DNA of 64,000 nt. Source: Thermoproteota archaeon. GTDB lineage: Archaea > Thermoproteota > Thermoprotei > Gearchaeales > Gearchaeaceae. Shown piece by piece: positions 40,955-50,295 of the stretch. The translations under genes were made by a program, and so were the position numbers. The DNA lies in NCBI GenBank assembly GCA_032249235.1, contig JAVVGF010000004.1:32001-96000 (forward strand). Direction: 5' to 3'. Position 1 is the first letter of the stretch. Each line of letters opens with the position of its first letter. The notes beneath the pieces were generated by a model. That model ran no database searches and had not been told where the DNA came from. It was given only the letters and a program-made list of their open reading frames with translations.

Positions 40955-42612
40955 TGCCAACGATAATCCTAGATAAGAAAAGGATTTTCAGAAGCTTAAA
41001 TAAGGAATTATCTTTAGAAGAATTAGAAAGGTTACTAGAATATCTTAAATGTGAAATTAAAGAAGAAAAAGAAGACGAGCTAATATGTGAAATAACAACA
41101 GACAGAGCAGATTGTTTCACTACTGAAGGAATTATAAGAGCATTAAAAGGTATTCTTGGAATGGAAAAAGGATTAATAAAATTCGATTTCTTCGATGATG
41201 AATTCGAGGTCTATATAGATGAAAATGTTTCAAATGTAAGGCCTTATGTAGTTATGGCAACTGTGAGAGGAGTAAAACTCGATGTTAGAGCATTAGAAAG
41301 CATAATAAGATTTCAAGAAGTACTACATGAAACTTTAGGTAGAAATAGAAGAAAGGCTTCGATTGGAATTTATGACATTTCAAAGCTCGATAAAAAAATA
41401 TATTACAAATGCCTCCCTTTGGATGAGATAAAATTCAGACCCCTTGATAAAGATGAGTTGATGAATGGATATAGAATATTGAATGAAACAGAAAAAGGAA
41501 TACAATATAAACATTTAATACCTGAAAAAAAGGCACCCGTATTGATTGATTCAAAAGGGACTTTTTTGAGCCTAGCGCCGATAATAAATTCCCAAGATGC
41601 TAAAGTAACAGTAAGAACAACTGATATATTAATAGATTCTACAGGCTTTGATATCAATTTCATAACTTCAATAGTATCTTTAATGGCTTATGCAATTAGC
41701 TTTTATGGAGGAAAGATAGGTTTACTTAATCATCATTATCCTAACAAGTCTTTCAAAATAAGCTTCAAAAATAGAAATTTGGTTTTGGAGAAAAATTATG
41801 TAGAAGATATATTAGGTTTTTCAATAAACGATTATGAGCTTGAAGATATTTTGTTAAGAGCAAGATATGGAATTGAAAAGAAGGATAATAAATATAATGT
41901 CGAAGTACCTTTTTACAGATTAGATGTTCTAAATAGCATAGATATAATAGAAGATATAGCAATAATAAAAGGATATAGCAACATAGAATTGAAAAGTCCT
42001 ATCCTTGAAACTAGAAGTAAAATAAGCAATAAAAGTATAATAGCTAGAACTTTCAGAGAAATATTCAATGGTTTCGGTTTCCAAGAAGTTACCAATTATA
42101 TGATTTGTAATAGTGAAACTCAAACAGAAAAAGTAATGTTGAATAAAGAAGAAATTGGTCTCATTCTTCTTGTAAATCCAATTAGTAAAGAATATGATTG
42201 CATTAGAGCAAATATATTCCCTTGTCTTTTAGATTTCTTATATTATAACAGGAGTTATTCTTATCCTCAGAAAATATATGAAATAGGAGATGTAATCTAT
42301 TATAAAAGTAATTCAATTCATACAGATTTCAGATTTTCTTCTTTAATAATACATAATGATGCAAGCTTTGAAGAAATGCATAGTTTCTTATATAGTTCAT
42401 TTAAAGTCTTGAATTTAGATTTCAGATTAAGAGGAAATGATTTACCTTTCTTACTAAATGGAAGGAGGGCAGACATAATAGTTGGTGATGAAAATATAGG
42501 ATGGATTGGAGAAATTAATCCAGAAATTTCTATAGGTTTTTCTTTATACCAACCAATTGTAGCTTGTGAATTAAGCTTAAGTAAAATCTTAAAATTTATT
42601 TTTAATAAATAA
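40954..42612 (+). CDS. pheT: Phenylalanyl-tRNA synthetase beta
   Basis: DR.D, RPY, QE.LH..LGR.R, R.DV....D.IED.AI..GY. Confidence 0.95.
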   Translation: MPTIILDKKRIFRSLNKELSLEELERLLEYLKCEIKEEKEDELICEITTDRADCFTTEGIIRALKGILGMEKGLIKFDFFDDEFEVYIDENVSNVRPYVVMATVRGVKLDVRALESIIRFQEVLHETLGRNRRKASIGIYDISKLDKKIYYKCLPLDEIKFRPLDKDELMNGYRILNETEKGIQYKHLIPEKKAPVLIDSKGTFLSLAPIINSQDAKVTVRTTDILIDSTGFDINFITSIVSLMAYAISFYGGKIGLLNHHYPNKSFKISFKNRNLVLEKNYVEDILGFSINDYELEDILLRARYGIEKKDNKYNVEVPFYRLDVLNSIDIIEDIAIIKGYSNIELKSPILETRSKISNKSIIARTFREIFNGFGFQEVTNYMICNSETQTEKVMLNKEEIGLILLVNPISKEYDCIRANIFPCLLDFLYYNRSYSYPQKIYEIGDVIYYKSNSIHTDFRFSSLIIHNDASFEEMHSFLYSSFKVLNLDFRLRGNDLPFLLNGRRADIIVGDENIGWIGEINPEISIGFSLYQPIVACELSLSKILKFIFNK

Positions 42613-42616
42613 TCTT

Positions 42617-42713
42617 GGGGGTGCATCCTTATTGAGAGAGCTATAACGAATGGGTGAATACCCTTGATGAGTTATAGTGTTGTTAATAAGGATCAGGGTG
42701 CACCCCCACCACA
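42617..42713 (+). ncRNA. Structured K-turn RNA (H/ACA-like or unknown class)
   Basis: GGGGGTGCA/TGCACCCCC, TCCTTATT/AATAAGGA, CTATAAC/GTTATAG, tandem GA pairs with GAT bulge, GGGT-GAAT-ACCC cap, 3' ACCACA. Confidence 0.7.
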
Positions 42714-42760
42714 GGATAATTTAATATTCTTCTTAGAAGATTTTAACAAGGTGAATTTAA

Positions 42761-43924
42761 ATGGGTGGTCCTCCTGTTAATGCTAAATATATATTAATAG
42801 CTAGATTTGAAGTTGATGGCGTAGTAGAAAAATCAGACATTATAGGTGCTCTATTCGGACAAACTGAAGGATTGCTAGGAGATGAGCTAGAACTTAGAGA
42901 GTTGCAGAAAATAGGAAAAGTTGGAAGAATTGATGTAGAATACGAAATAAAAGGAGGAAGAACAGTAGGAACAATAATAGTACCAACGAACTTGGATAAG
43001 CCAGAAGTAGCTTTGATTGCAGCTGCTATAGAAACGGTGGATAAAGTAGGTCCTAATTCAGCAAAAATTGAATTGAAAGAAATAAAGGATGCTAGAGAAG
43101 AAAAAAGGAGCAGAATTTTAGAAAGAGCAAAAGAAATATTGTTGAAATGGAAAGAAAGCAAAAGTGTTGAATCTTCTGATTTGATAAAAGCTCTTACAGA
43201 GGCAATTAAAGTATCGCAGATAATAAGCTACGGTCCTGAAAAACTTCCTGCAGGTCCTGATATAGACAACTCTCAGGAAATTATAATTGTTGAAGGAAGA
43301 GCAGATGTGGTAAATTTACTAAAACATGGATATAGGAATGTTATAGCATTGGATGGTTCTAAAATACCTCAGACTATAATAAATCTTTCGAAGAATAAAA
43401 GGACAATAGCTTTCTTAGACGGTGATAGAGCTGGAGATTTAATATTGAAGGAATTGCTGAGTGTAGCAAAAATAGATTATGTAGCAAGGGCTCCATTTGG
43501 TAAGGAAGTAGAAGAATTGAGCGGTAAAGAGATAGCTGCTGCATTAAATGATAAAAGACCTGCTTCAGATTATATTACTAGTTTAAAACAAGAACAGAAA
43601 ATTCCTAAGCTTCAGCAAGTAAGCGAGCTTATTAAATCAGTTATAGGGACGATGGAGGCCTTAATTCTTGATAACGATTATAAAATTATAGAGCGCATAC
43701 CGCTTAAGGACGTAATAGATAAAATATCCCAAATGGAATCTTTTGGGGCATTAATATTAGATGGCATAATAACGCAAAGATTGATAGATTTGTGCAAGGA
43801 GAGAAAAGTCAGCGCTATATACGGTTATAAAATAGGAAACATTACTAATATACCTCAAGATCTATCAATATTCTTATTTGATGATCAAGGGAATATAAAG
43901 AGATATGAAATTCGAACTCAATGA
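42761..43924 (+). CDS. dnaG: Archaeal DnaG (exosome-associated, TOPRIM)
   Basis: GA.FGQTEGLLG, IIVEGRADV, F.DGDR.G. Confidence 0.96.
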   Translation: MGGPPVNAKYILIARFEVDGVVEKSDIIGALFGQTEGLLGDELELRELQKIGKVGRIDVEYEIKGGRTVGTIIVPTNLDKPEVALIAAAIETVDKVGPNSAKIELKEIKDAREEKRSRILERAKEILLKWKESKSVESSDLIKALTEAIKVSQIISYGPEKLPAGPDIDNSQEIIIVEGRADVVNLLKHGYRNVIALDGSKIPQTIINLSKNKRTIAFLDGDRAGDLILKELLSVAKIDYVARAPFGKEVEELSGKEIAAALNDKRPASDYITSLKQEQKIPKLQQVSELIKSVIGTMEALILDNDYKIIERIPLKDVIDKISQMESFGALILDGIITQRLIDLCKERKVSAIYGYKIGNITNIPQDLSIFLFDDQGNIKRYEIRTQ

Positions 43925-44954
43925 AAAAGAAAAAGAAGCTAAAATCACTATTCAAAGCTATGATGATTTGTTTTATTTGTATTTATTAATAGAGGAAGGT
44001 GACGAGTTATATGGTTGGAGCTATAGGAATAAAAAGATATATTCAAAGGAAGGAAAAGCTGAGAGAGCAGAAAAAGAACGCGTTTATCTAGGAATAAGCG
44101 TTGAAAAAGCATATTTCCATCCAAGTTTGACAGGATTAAAAGTAATAGGTAGCATAATATATAGACCTGAAAATTTTGAAGCGAGTGGTCATCATTCATT
44201 TTTGATTAATATAGGAGATACGATAAAACTGAAAAAAGAAGACTGGTCTTCAGCACTGATACAATCTATAATAAAAGAAATTAGAGAAACGTATCCTAAA
44301 TCAATCATAATATCTGTTGATTATGGAAACATTGCTATTGCTTTGTTGCACAATCAGCGCTTTCAAATAATTTATTCTGAAGAAAAAAGTCTAGGAGGAA
44401 AAAGAGAAATTTCTAAAAGAGATGAACAACTAGAAACTTTTTTAAAAGTTTGCATTGATAATGCTTTAGAAATAATATCGAAGACAAATCCTGAGCTAAT
44501 AATATTATATGGTCCTTCAAATCTCAAAGATATCATTTATGAAAGGATTAAAAAGATTGAAAGAAATATTTTCAGAGTTAGTGGTTCGATTGGAGGAATT
44601 GAAGGGATATATGAAGCATTGAGAAATGAAGAAGTATTGAAGATTTTAACTGTTTTCGGTCATGAAGAAAGCATGCTAACTTTAGAACCATTGCTTAGCA
44701 AGGCAGAAAAAATAGCGATGGGAATCAAAGAAGTTAAAGAAGCTGCTTCATTAAAAGCTATAGATAAACTTTTCATATCTACAAAATTATTGAAAAATGT
44801 TAGCAAAGAAGAATTGAATGAAATAAAGAAAATTTCTGAGCAAGTCAAAATATATGGAGGTTCAATAAGCATAGTAGATGAAGAAAGCGAGGCTGGTAAA
44901 ACTTTAGAAAAACTTGGAAACATTATAGCTTTATTAAGATTTAACTTATATTAG
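43905..44954 (+). CDS. pelA: Pelota/Dom34 ribosome rescue factor
   Basis: DDL..L..LI..GD, HH, GP...K, G..L..LG.I.ALLR. Confidence 0.9.
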   Translation: MKFELNEKEKEAKITIQSYDDLFYLYLLIEEGDELYGWSYRNKKIYSKEGKAERAEKERVYLGISVEKAYFHPSLTGLKVIGSIIYRPENFEASGHHSFLINIGDTIKLKKEDWSSALIQSIIKEIRETYPKSIIISVDYGNIAIALLHNQRFQIIYSEEKSLGGKREISKRDEQLETFLKVCIDNALEIISKTNPELIILYGPSNLKDIIYERIKKIERNIFRVSGSIGGIEGIYEALRNEEVLKILTVFGHEESMLTLEPLLSKAEKIAMGIKEVKEAASLKAIDKLFISTKLLKNVSKEELNEIKKISEQVKIYGGSISIVDEESEAGKTLEKLGNIIALLRFNLY

Positions 44955-44956
44955 TT

Positions 44957-46159
44957 ATGTCTCTAATTGATATTTTACTTCTTTTATTTTTAGCTTGGAT
45001 TTTTTTATTTTTAATTTTTTCATTAATAAAAAATACAAATTTTGGAAAGAAAATTTCAGAAAATATAGAAATACAACCTTTAGTTTTTCTTTTAAAGACT
45101 GCTAGATTTAATAAATTTATTCTGAATTCAGGAAAGAAGAGATCAAAATTTTATCGAATAGTCGGAGAGTTATCGATAATTTATGGTATTGCTTTGATGA
45201 TTTATGCTTTATTTTTCTTAATGAAGAATTTGATCAATCTTTTATTTCCTTCCCAAAGCATTGCATTAGGAGAAGCTTCACCAATAATTCCAATAATATT
45301 TGGAATCACTTTTACTCCTCCTTTAGATCAACTCATAATAATTTTAATCGTCATCGCAATAGCTGCAGTTTTCCATGAACTTTTCCATGGTTTCTTAGCT
45401 TCTAGCCATGAAATGAAAATAAAATCAACAGGTGCAGGATTGTTTTTCATGATTCCTATAGCGTTTGTAGAATTAGATGATGAGTCTTTGAAAAACACTG
45501 CTCCAAGAAAGAAGCTTAGAATGTTAGGTGCAGGTTCGTTCATCAATTTAATACAGGCTATGATCTTTTTAGTTCTCTTTCTATCTTATCCTTTAGCTAT
45601 TTCTTGGGGTTACAATTATGAGTCAAGTGGTGTTTTGATTTATTCAATAACTCCTAATTCTCCAGCATCTATAGCTGGTCTTGCTATAGGAGATGCAATA
45701 ATAGCTTTAAATCATACACAAATAAAGAATTATCAAGATTTCTCATCATATCTCGAGAAGACCAAACCTAACCAAACGTTGATTATAACTGTCGAAAGGA
45801 ATTTGAAATCATTCAATATAACAATAAAGCTTGCACAGCATCCTTATTATAAAGATAGAGGTTTCATAGGAGTTTCTACATTAGATTATCATAGACCTTA
45901 TTTTGCTCTATTTCCTCAAATTTTGCAATATTGGGCTTATTTGTTTTTTGCATGGGGATTTGTAATATGTTTTAGCTTAGCAGTCTTCAACATGTTACCC
46001 ATTCCTCTTTTCGACGGTGATAAATTCCTTGCTGAGATTTTAAGCATCATTAAGAATAAAGATGTTCGAATCATAACTCATAATACTTTAAGAGCTTTAT
46101 CTATAATGCTTCTTCTTTTAAATATATATTTTAGTTTGATCAGATTTGGTTTTGTCTAA
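44957..46159 (+). CDS. Site-2 (M50) membrane metalloprotease with PDZ domain
   Basis: HELFH (HExxH), AFVE, AGS..N, PDZ SPA..AGL..GD, N.LP...FDG. Confidence 0.92.
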   Translation: MSLIDILLLLFLAWIFLFLIFSLIKNTNFGKKISENIEIQPLVFLLKTARFNKFILNSGKKRSKFYRIVGELSIIYGIALMIYALFFLMKNLINLLFPSQSIALGEASPIIPIIFGITFTPPLDQLIIILIVIAIAAVFHELFHGFLASSHEMKIKSTGAGLFFMIPIAFVELDDESLKNTAPRKKLRMLGAGSFINLIQAMIFLVLFLSYPLAISWGYNYESSGVLIYSITPNSPASIAGLAIGDAIIALNHTQIKNYQDFSSYLEKTKPNQTLIITVERNLKSFNITIKLAQHPYYKDRGFIGVSTLDYHRPYFALFPQILQYWAYLFFAWGFVICFSLAVFNMLPIPLFDGDKFLAEILSIIKNKDVRIITHNTLRALSIMLLLLNIYFSLIRFGFV

Positions 46160-47091
46160 TGAAGTGCAATTATTGCGATAACGAGGTATTTTATGTTAGA
46201 AGGTATTCAGGAGAGAAGCTATGCCAGAAGCATTTCATAGAAACTTTCATCGATAAAGTAGCTAAAACAATATCTGAAAATAGATTACTTACTTGGAATG
46301 ATTCTATAATGGTTGCAGTTTCAGGAGGTAAAGATAGCTTGACAGCTCTTCATGTTTTAAGTATAATTGAAAAAGATTTTCCTTCAACGAAGCTTTTCGC
46401 TGTAACAATAGATGAAGGAATTAGCGGTTATACAGAATTTAGGGTAAAGCATACAAGAGAATTATGCGAAAAGCTTGGAATTCCTTATTATGTTTTCAGA
46501 TATGAAGATTTCTATGGCTATAGGCTTGAAGAAATCGTGAAAATAGCTAAAGAAAAAGGAAGTAAGCTTGAACCTTGTTCTTATTGTGGTGTTCTTAGAA
46601 GGAAATTATTAAACATTGCAGCAAAGAAATTAAATGCTACAAAAGTTGTGACTGGGCATAATTTAGATGATGAAGTTCAAACATTCATGATTAACATGCT
46701 AAGAGGAGATCTGGATAGAATAATAAGAGGGTTTGCTCCAGTAATTCCAAAGGAAGGCTTTGTTCCTCGAATTAAGCCATTGAAATATATTTATGAAGAA
46801 GAAATCATGATTTATGCTACTTTGCATGATTTTCCTTTATTCGAAACAGAATGTAGATTTGTAAAATTATCCATGAGGGATTCAATTAGGAAAATATTGA
46901 ATGAGTTGGAAGCTGAAAATCCAGGCGCTAAATATATGATGTTGATCACTGCAGAAAAGATTGCCAAGAGTTTCATCGAAACGAAAAAAGATTTCAAGTT
47001 GAACTATTGTAAAAGTTGCGGCGAACCTACTTCGCAAGAATTATGCAGAGCTTGTTCACTTTTAGAAGAAATAGGAATAGTTATGCAATAA
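46159..47091 (+). CDS. tRNA 2-thiolation protein TtuA/Ncs6 family
   Basis: SGGKDS PP-loop, C.YCGV.RR, TGHNLDD, terminal Zn fingers. Confidence 0.92.
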   Translation: MKCNYCDNEVFYVRRYSGEKLCQKHFIETFIDKVAKTISENRLLTWNDSIMVAVSGGKDSLTALHVLSIIEKDFPSTKLFAVTIDEGISGYTEFRVKHTRELCEKLGIPYYVFRYEDFYGYRLEEIVKIAKEKGSKLEPCSYCGVLRRKLLNIAAKKLNATKVVTGHNLDDEVQTFMINMLRGDLDRIIRGFAPVIPKEGFVPRIKPLKYIYEEEIMIYATLHDFPLFETECRFVKLSMRDSIRKILNELEAENPGAKYMMLITAEKIAKSFIETKKDFKLNYCKSCGEPTSQELCRACSLLEEIGIVMQ

Positions 47092-47408
47092 GCGGCGGTG
47101 CCCGCATGTAAACCCATACTAGGAATATAGAGCTATATGCACTTCCATTCAAGCCTGTTACCTACGAACGTCGCCACTCTTTATTAGAGCCGCTCCCTTC
47201 CGGGCCTAACTCGGTTCTAAAGATTAGCCTCTTAACCCTTCCCTCCGGAAGGGCTACGAGGCTATGGCGACCCCGTAGGGCAGGCTTTCATTACTTCCGT
47301 GCATATAGCTCTATATTCCTAGTATGAGCTTACATGCGTTACTGGCCGTGCCATATCGACCGTTTGCATTTGAGGGAGGCCGAGCCCCTCCGGCCCTACC
47401 ACCGCCGC
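47092..47408 (-). ncRNA. ffs: Signal recognition particle 7S RNA (~317 nt)
   Basis: Terminal helix GCGGCGGTG/CACCGCCGC; helix 6 CCTTCC-GGAG-GGAAGG; helix 8 AGGCCC-GGAA-GGGAGC. Confidence 0.93.
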
Positions 47409-47686
47409 AAATATATTATTGTTAATTGTGAGATTTATTTTTTGTGCTATGGATTCAAAATCTTCTATTGTTGCCAAATAAAAATTCAAAATACTACAAA
47501 GATCTTAAACAAATCATCTCTTCTTCATCTTATATGTAATAAATTAATAGTGGAATCATGAATAAGACTTTTGTCGCTTTTGTTTTATATTAGAGTGAAA
47601 ATTCTTTCCTATATGCTATTTTATATCGAATAGAAGCGCAATGTTTATATAGAATTAAATTTAAATAATAGAACTTTGTTTTTTCT

Positions 47687-47824
47687 GTGAAACGTGAAAT
47701 TTCGCTAATGATCGTTACTTCATTAATATTAATTGCATATAGCAGCATTGTTACCTTAAGAACGCTTAGCATATGGCCTGACGTATCATTACCTACTTGC
47801 GATTCTGGCTCAAGGTGTTATTAA
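47687..47824 (+). CDS. Putative 45-aa secreted or membrane peptide
   Basis: GTG start; MKREISLMIVTSLILIAYSSIVTLRTLSIWPDVSLPTCDSGSRCY*; stop 1 nt before the next ATG; TTTAAATA at 47660. Confidence 0.45.
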   Translation: MKREISLMIVTSLILIAYSSIVTLRTLSIWPDVSLPTCDSGSRCY

Positions 47825-47825
47825 G

Positions 47826-48983
47826 ATGAGAACATTAATAGTTTTGTTCTTGTTTTTTATAATTTTTACATCTTCGATAGTTCCAATTAGTGTTAAGGCT
47901 TCTAATAATATAACCGTTGAAATAAAAGTCGATATCATAAAAAGACATCCAGATCTAATAATTACAGGTTGCAATGAGACGTATGTTTACTGGGAATACA
48001 ATTTTAGAAAACTTGATCCCCCAGTGCCTGTTAGAGGACCTGCAAATGAGACGAGATATCAAAGCGAATTACGAGGTGATTATCTTTCAGAAACGTTTTT
48101 TATAATTAACGCATTGGAAGCAAAATATGACGTAAAAGATGTTCGTTGGTTTACTATTTCAGAGTTTCTTGATGGCGCCGCAGTGGAAATAGAGAAATAT
48201 GAAAAGAGATTAATCGAGGAAAAGGGAAATTTAGGGATATTTAGATTTTCTGTGCTGGGCGATTTTGAGAAAATGATCATAATGATTTTTATGTATAAAA
48301 TAACACCTGAAAAAGTGAATATTGTAGCAAATTACCTTAGACCGTTTACTAACTTTTTAAAATCTTATATCGAAGATTTCAAATATTATATAAAAGAATT
48401 AAATAATGATCTTGAAAAACATAATATAAATTTTAGATATAATGTAGAATTCAAAGATAAATATGATGTGATAGTTGCATTTGTTGAGGATTATGCATCT
48501 CAATATACCGAAGACTATACTCATTTTCCTTTATTCCTTAAGCAATCTAAAGCTGTAGAGCGCTTCTATTTGAAACAATTGCCGAATGGATCTTTTATTG
48601 ATGGAGATGGATATAAGAAATATTTGGAATTACTTAAAGAATATTACGGTCTTGAGTTATCAACTTATATTAATCGGTTCGGTTATGGCGAAGTTATTTT
48701 ACCAATTCCTACTAATGCCACCTATAATGAAGAGTTCGTAAGGAAAGCAGTTTCTATAATAAGAGAATATGCAGGATGTGAAGTTCCTTTAGTAGCGAAT
48801 TTTGTAGATTACCGTGACGTAACAAGTCTTATCACTCTAGCGCCTGCACCTAATCCTAGAGGAGATTCTCAACGTTTTCTATCCTTATCTATTAACGAGC
48901 TAATACTGTTATTTGCAATAATACCAACTGCAATTTTATTGCCTTTGATTTTAATTGCAAGAAAAGGTAAGAGTAATAAATAA
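47826..48983 (+). CDS. Hypothetical cell-surface protein (signal peptide plus C-terminal TM anchor)
   Basis: MR + hydrophobic stretch + VKA cleavage site; several NxS/T sequons; C-terminal TM followed by RKGKSNK. Confidence 0.8.
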   Translation: MRTLIVLFLFFIIFTSSIVPISVKASNNITVEIKVDIIKRHPDLIITGCNETYVYWEYNFRKLDPPVPVRGPANETRYQSELRGDYLSETFFIINALEAKYDVKDVRWFTISEFLDGAAVEIEKYEKRLIEEKGNLGIFRFSVLGDFEKMIIMIFMYKITPEKVNIVANYLRPFTNFLKSYIEDFKYYIKELNNDLEKHNINFRYNVEFKDKYDVIVAFVEDYASQYTEDYTHFPLFLKQSKAVERFYLKQLPNGSFIDGDGYKKYLELLKEYYGLELSTYINRFGYGEVILPIPTNATYNEEFVRKAVSIIREYAGCEVPLVANFVDYRDVTSLITLAPAPNPRGDSQRFLSLSINELILLFAIIPTAILLPLILIARKGKSNK

Positions 48984-49184
48984 AACGATAAATTCTTTTG
49001 TATTGATGGTCTGAAAACAAGTAATTTTCATAGATAGATTAAGAAGTATTATCAAAACAAATTAAGAAAGCTTTAATAAATTTGCCAAAAAATGATGATT
49101 CTTTTTCTTGCACATTGATCAAGCTCGATCAAATAATAGAAGTTTTTAAATTCATTTGAAGCGAGTATTCAATTTATCAAATTA

Positions 49185-49268
49185 CGCCGGGAGTGGGATT
49201 TGAACCCACGAGGGCAAACGCCCACAGGCTTAGCAAGCCTGCGCCTTACCTGGCTAGGCTATCCCGGC
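49185..49268 (-). tRNA. tRNA-Ser(GCU)
   Basis: GCCGGGA/TCCCGGC-G; CAGGC-TT GCT AA-GCCTG; long variable arm. Confidence 0.95.
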
Positions 49269-49296
49269 TTTTATTTAATCAATAAAATTATAGGAT

Positions 49297-50283
49297 ATGG
49301 TGATATATAATTACGTTAGTGCAGGGTTAATTTCTTATGATGAGATCATTTTGAATTCTCAGAATTACAAAATTTTTGGAGGTTCTGTAATTTATTCTTC
49401 AATTCAAGCATCTTTACTAGGATGCCGAGTTGGTTTGATATCTGCAATAGGAGAAAAAGATGAGGATGAATTATTGAGGTTGCTTAAGAATTACAATGTA
49501 GAAATAATTAAGCTAGGTGTATATCAAGGAGAAACACTATCTTTTGTTAATGAATACATAGGTAACGATAGAATGCAAAAAGTCAAGAATCATCCAAAAT
49601 TGACTATAAAATTCAACATTGGAGACTTTGAAGCAGAATGTTTCCATCTCGGTCCTATAATAAATGAATTCAGCTTTGAAGAAATAGAAAAAGCCAGGAA
49701 AATATCTAAGTATCTTGCATTAGATATTCAAGGATTTTGCAGAACTATTGAATCTTCACTAATAAAGAAGAGGAAAATTGAAGATATTTCTTTTTTGAAA
49801 TTCATCGATATTTTAAAATGCGATTTAGATGAGCTTTATTGTTTATCTAATAATAACGATCCGAAACAAATAATAGAGGAAATTCTCGATGAAGACTGTA
49901 AAATTTTACTGCTAACACTTGGAGATAAAGGTAGCGTTATCATATCTAAACATAAAACTTATTATATTCCTGCTCATATACCAGAGAAACAAGTTGATCC
50001 TACAGGTGCAGGAGATGTTTATTTAACTTCATTTTTAATAAGTTATTCGAGAAGCCACGATCTTGAATATGCAGGATTGTTCGCTTCAAGCGCTTCTTCT
50101 TTTGTTTTGGAAGATATTGGCTATAAAGGTATTTCGAATAAACAAAAAATAGAAGAAAGAATGAGAAAGCAGAAACTAAAAGCAAGAGAAATAGAATTCG
50201 ATGAAATTCCCTTTTATAAATGGGCCGGCCCGGATTTGAACCGGGGACCTTCGCCTCGTAAGGGCGACATCCTACCAGGCTAG
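49297..50283 (+). CDS. PfkB/ribokinase-family kinase
   Basis: GGS..Y, D.QG..R, T.G.KGS, VDPTGAGD. Confidence 0.9.
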   Translation: MVIYNYVSAGLISYDEIILNSQNYKIFGGSVIYSSIQASLLGCRVGLISAIGEKDEDELLRLLKNYNVEIIKLGVYQGETLSFVNEYIGNDRMQKVKNHPKLTIKFNIGDFEAECFHLGPIINEFSFEEIEKARKISKYLALDIQGFCRTIESSLIKKRKIEDISFLKFIDILKCDLDELYCLSNNNDPKQIIEEILDEDCKILLLTLGDKGSVIISKHKTYYIPAHIPEKQVDPTGAGDVYLTSFLISYSRSHDLEYAGLFASSASSFVLEDIGYKGISNKQKIEERMRKQKLKAREIEFDEIPFYKWAGPDLNRGPSPRKGDILPG

Positions 50284-50294
50284 ACTACCGGCCC
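50221..50294 (-). tRNA. tRNA-Val(UAC)
   Basis: GGGCCGG/CCGGCCC-A; TCGCC-CT TAC GA-GGCGA. Confidence 0.95.
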
Positions 50295-50295
50295 A

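Noticed and set aside
42617-42713. 5S rRNA, RNase P RNA, tRNA half or C/D guide
   Set aside because: No 5S or P4 consensus, no T-loop, and the TGATGA has no downstream CTGA box.
47092-47408. Inverted repeats as a MITE, or a circularly permuted SRP RNA
   Set aside because: The repeats are helices 1 and 5 of a normally ordered SRP RNA. ORF 47334-47561 overlaps it antisense and is probably spurious.
49091-49140. ATGATGA as box C of a C/D sRNA
   Set aside because: No CTGA box D at a suitable distance.
37589-49268. Long direct repeats at 37589-37672 and 49185-49268 as attL/attR of an integrated element
   Set aside because: Both are complete tRNA-Ser genes with different anticodons; the DNA between them is housekeeping genes and has no integrase.
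34-50294. Repeat TGGGCCGGCCCGGATTTGAACCGGGGACCTT at 34 and 50221
   Set aside because: Two tRNA-Val isoacceptors.
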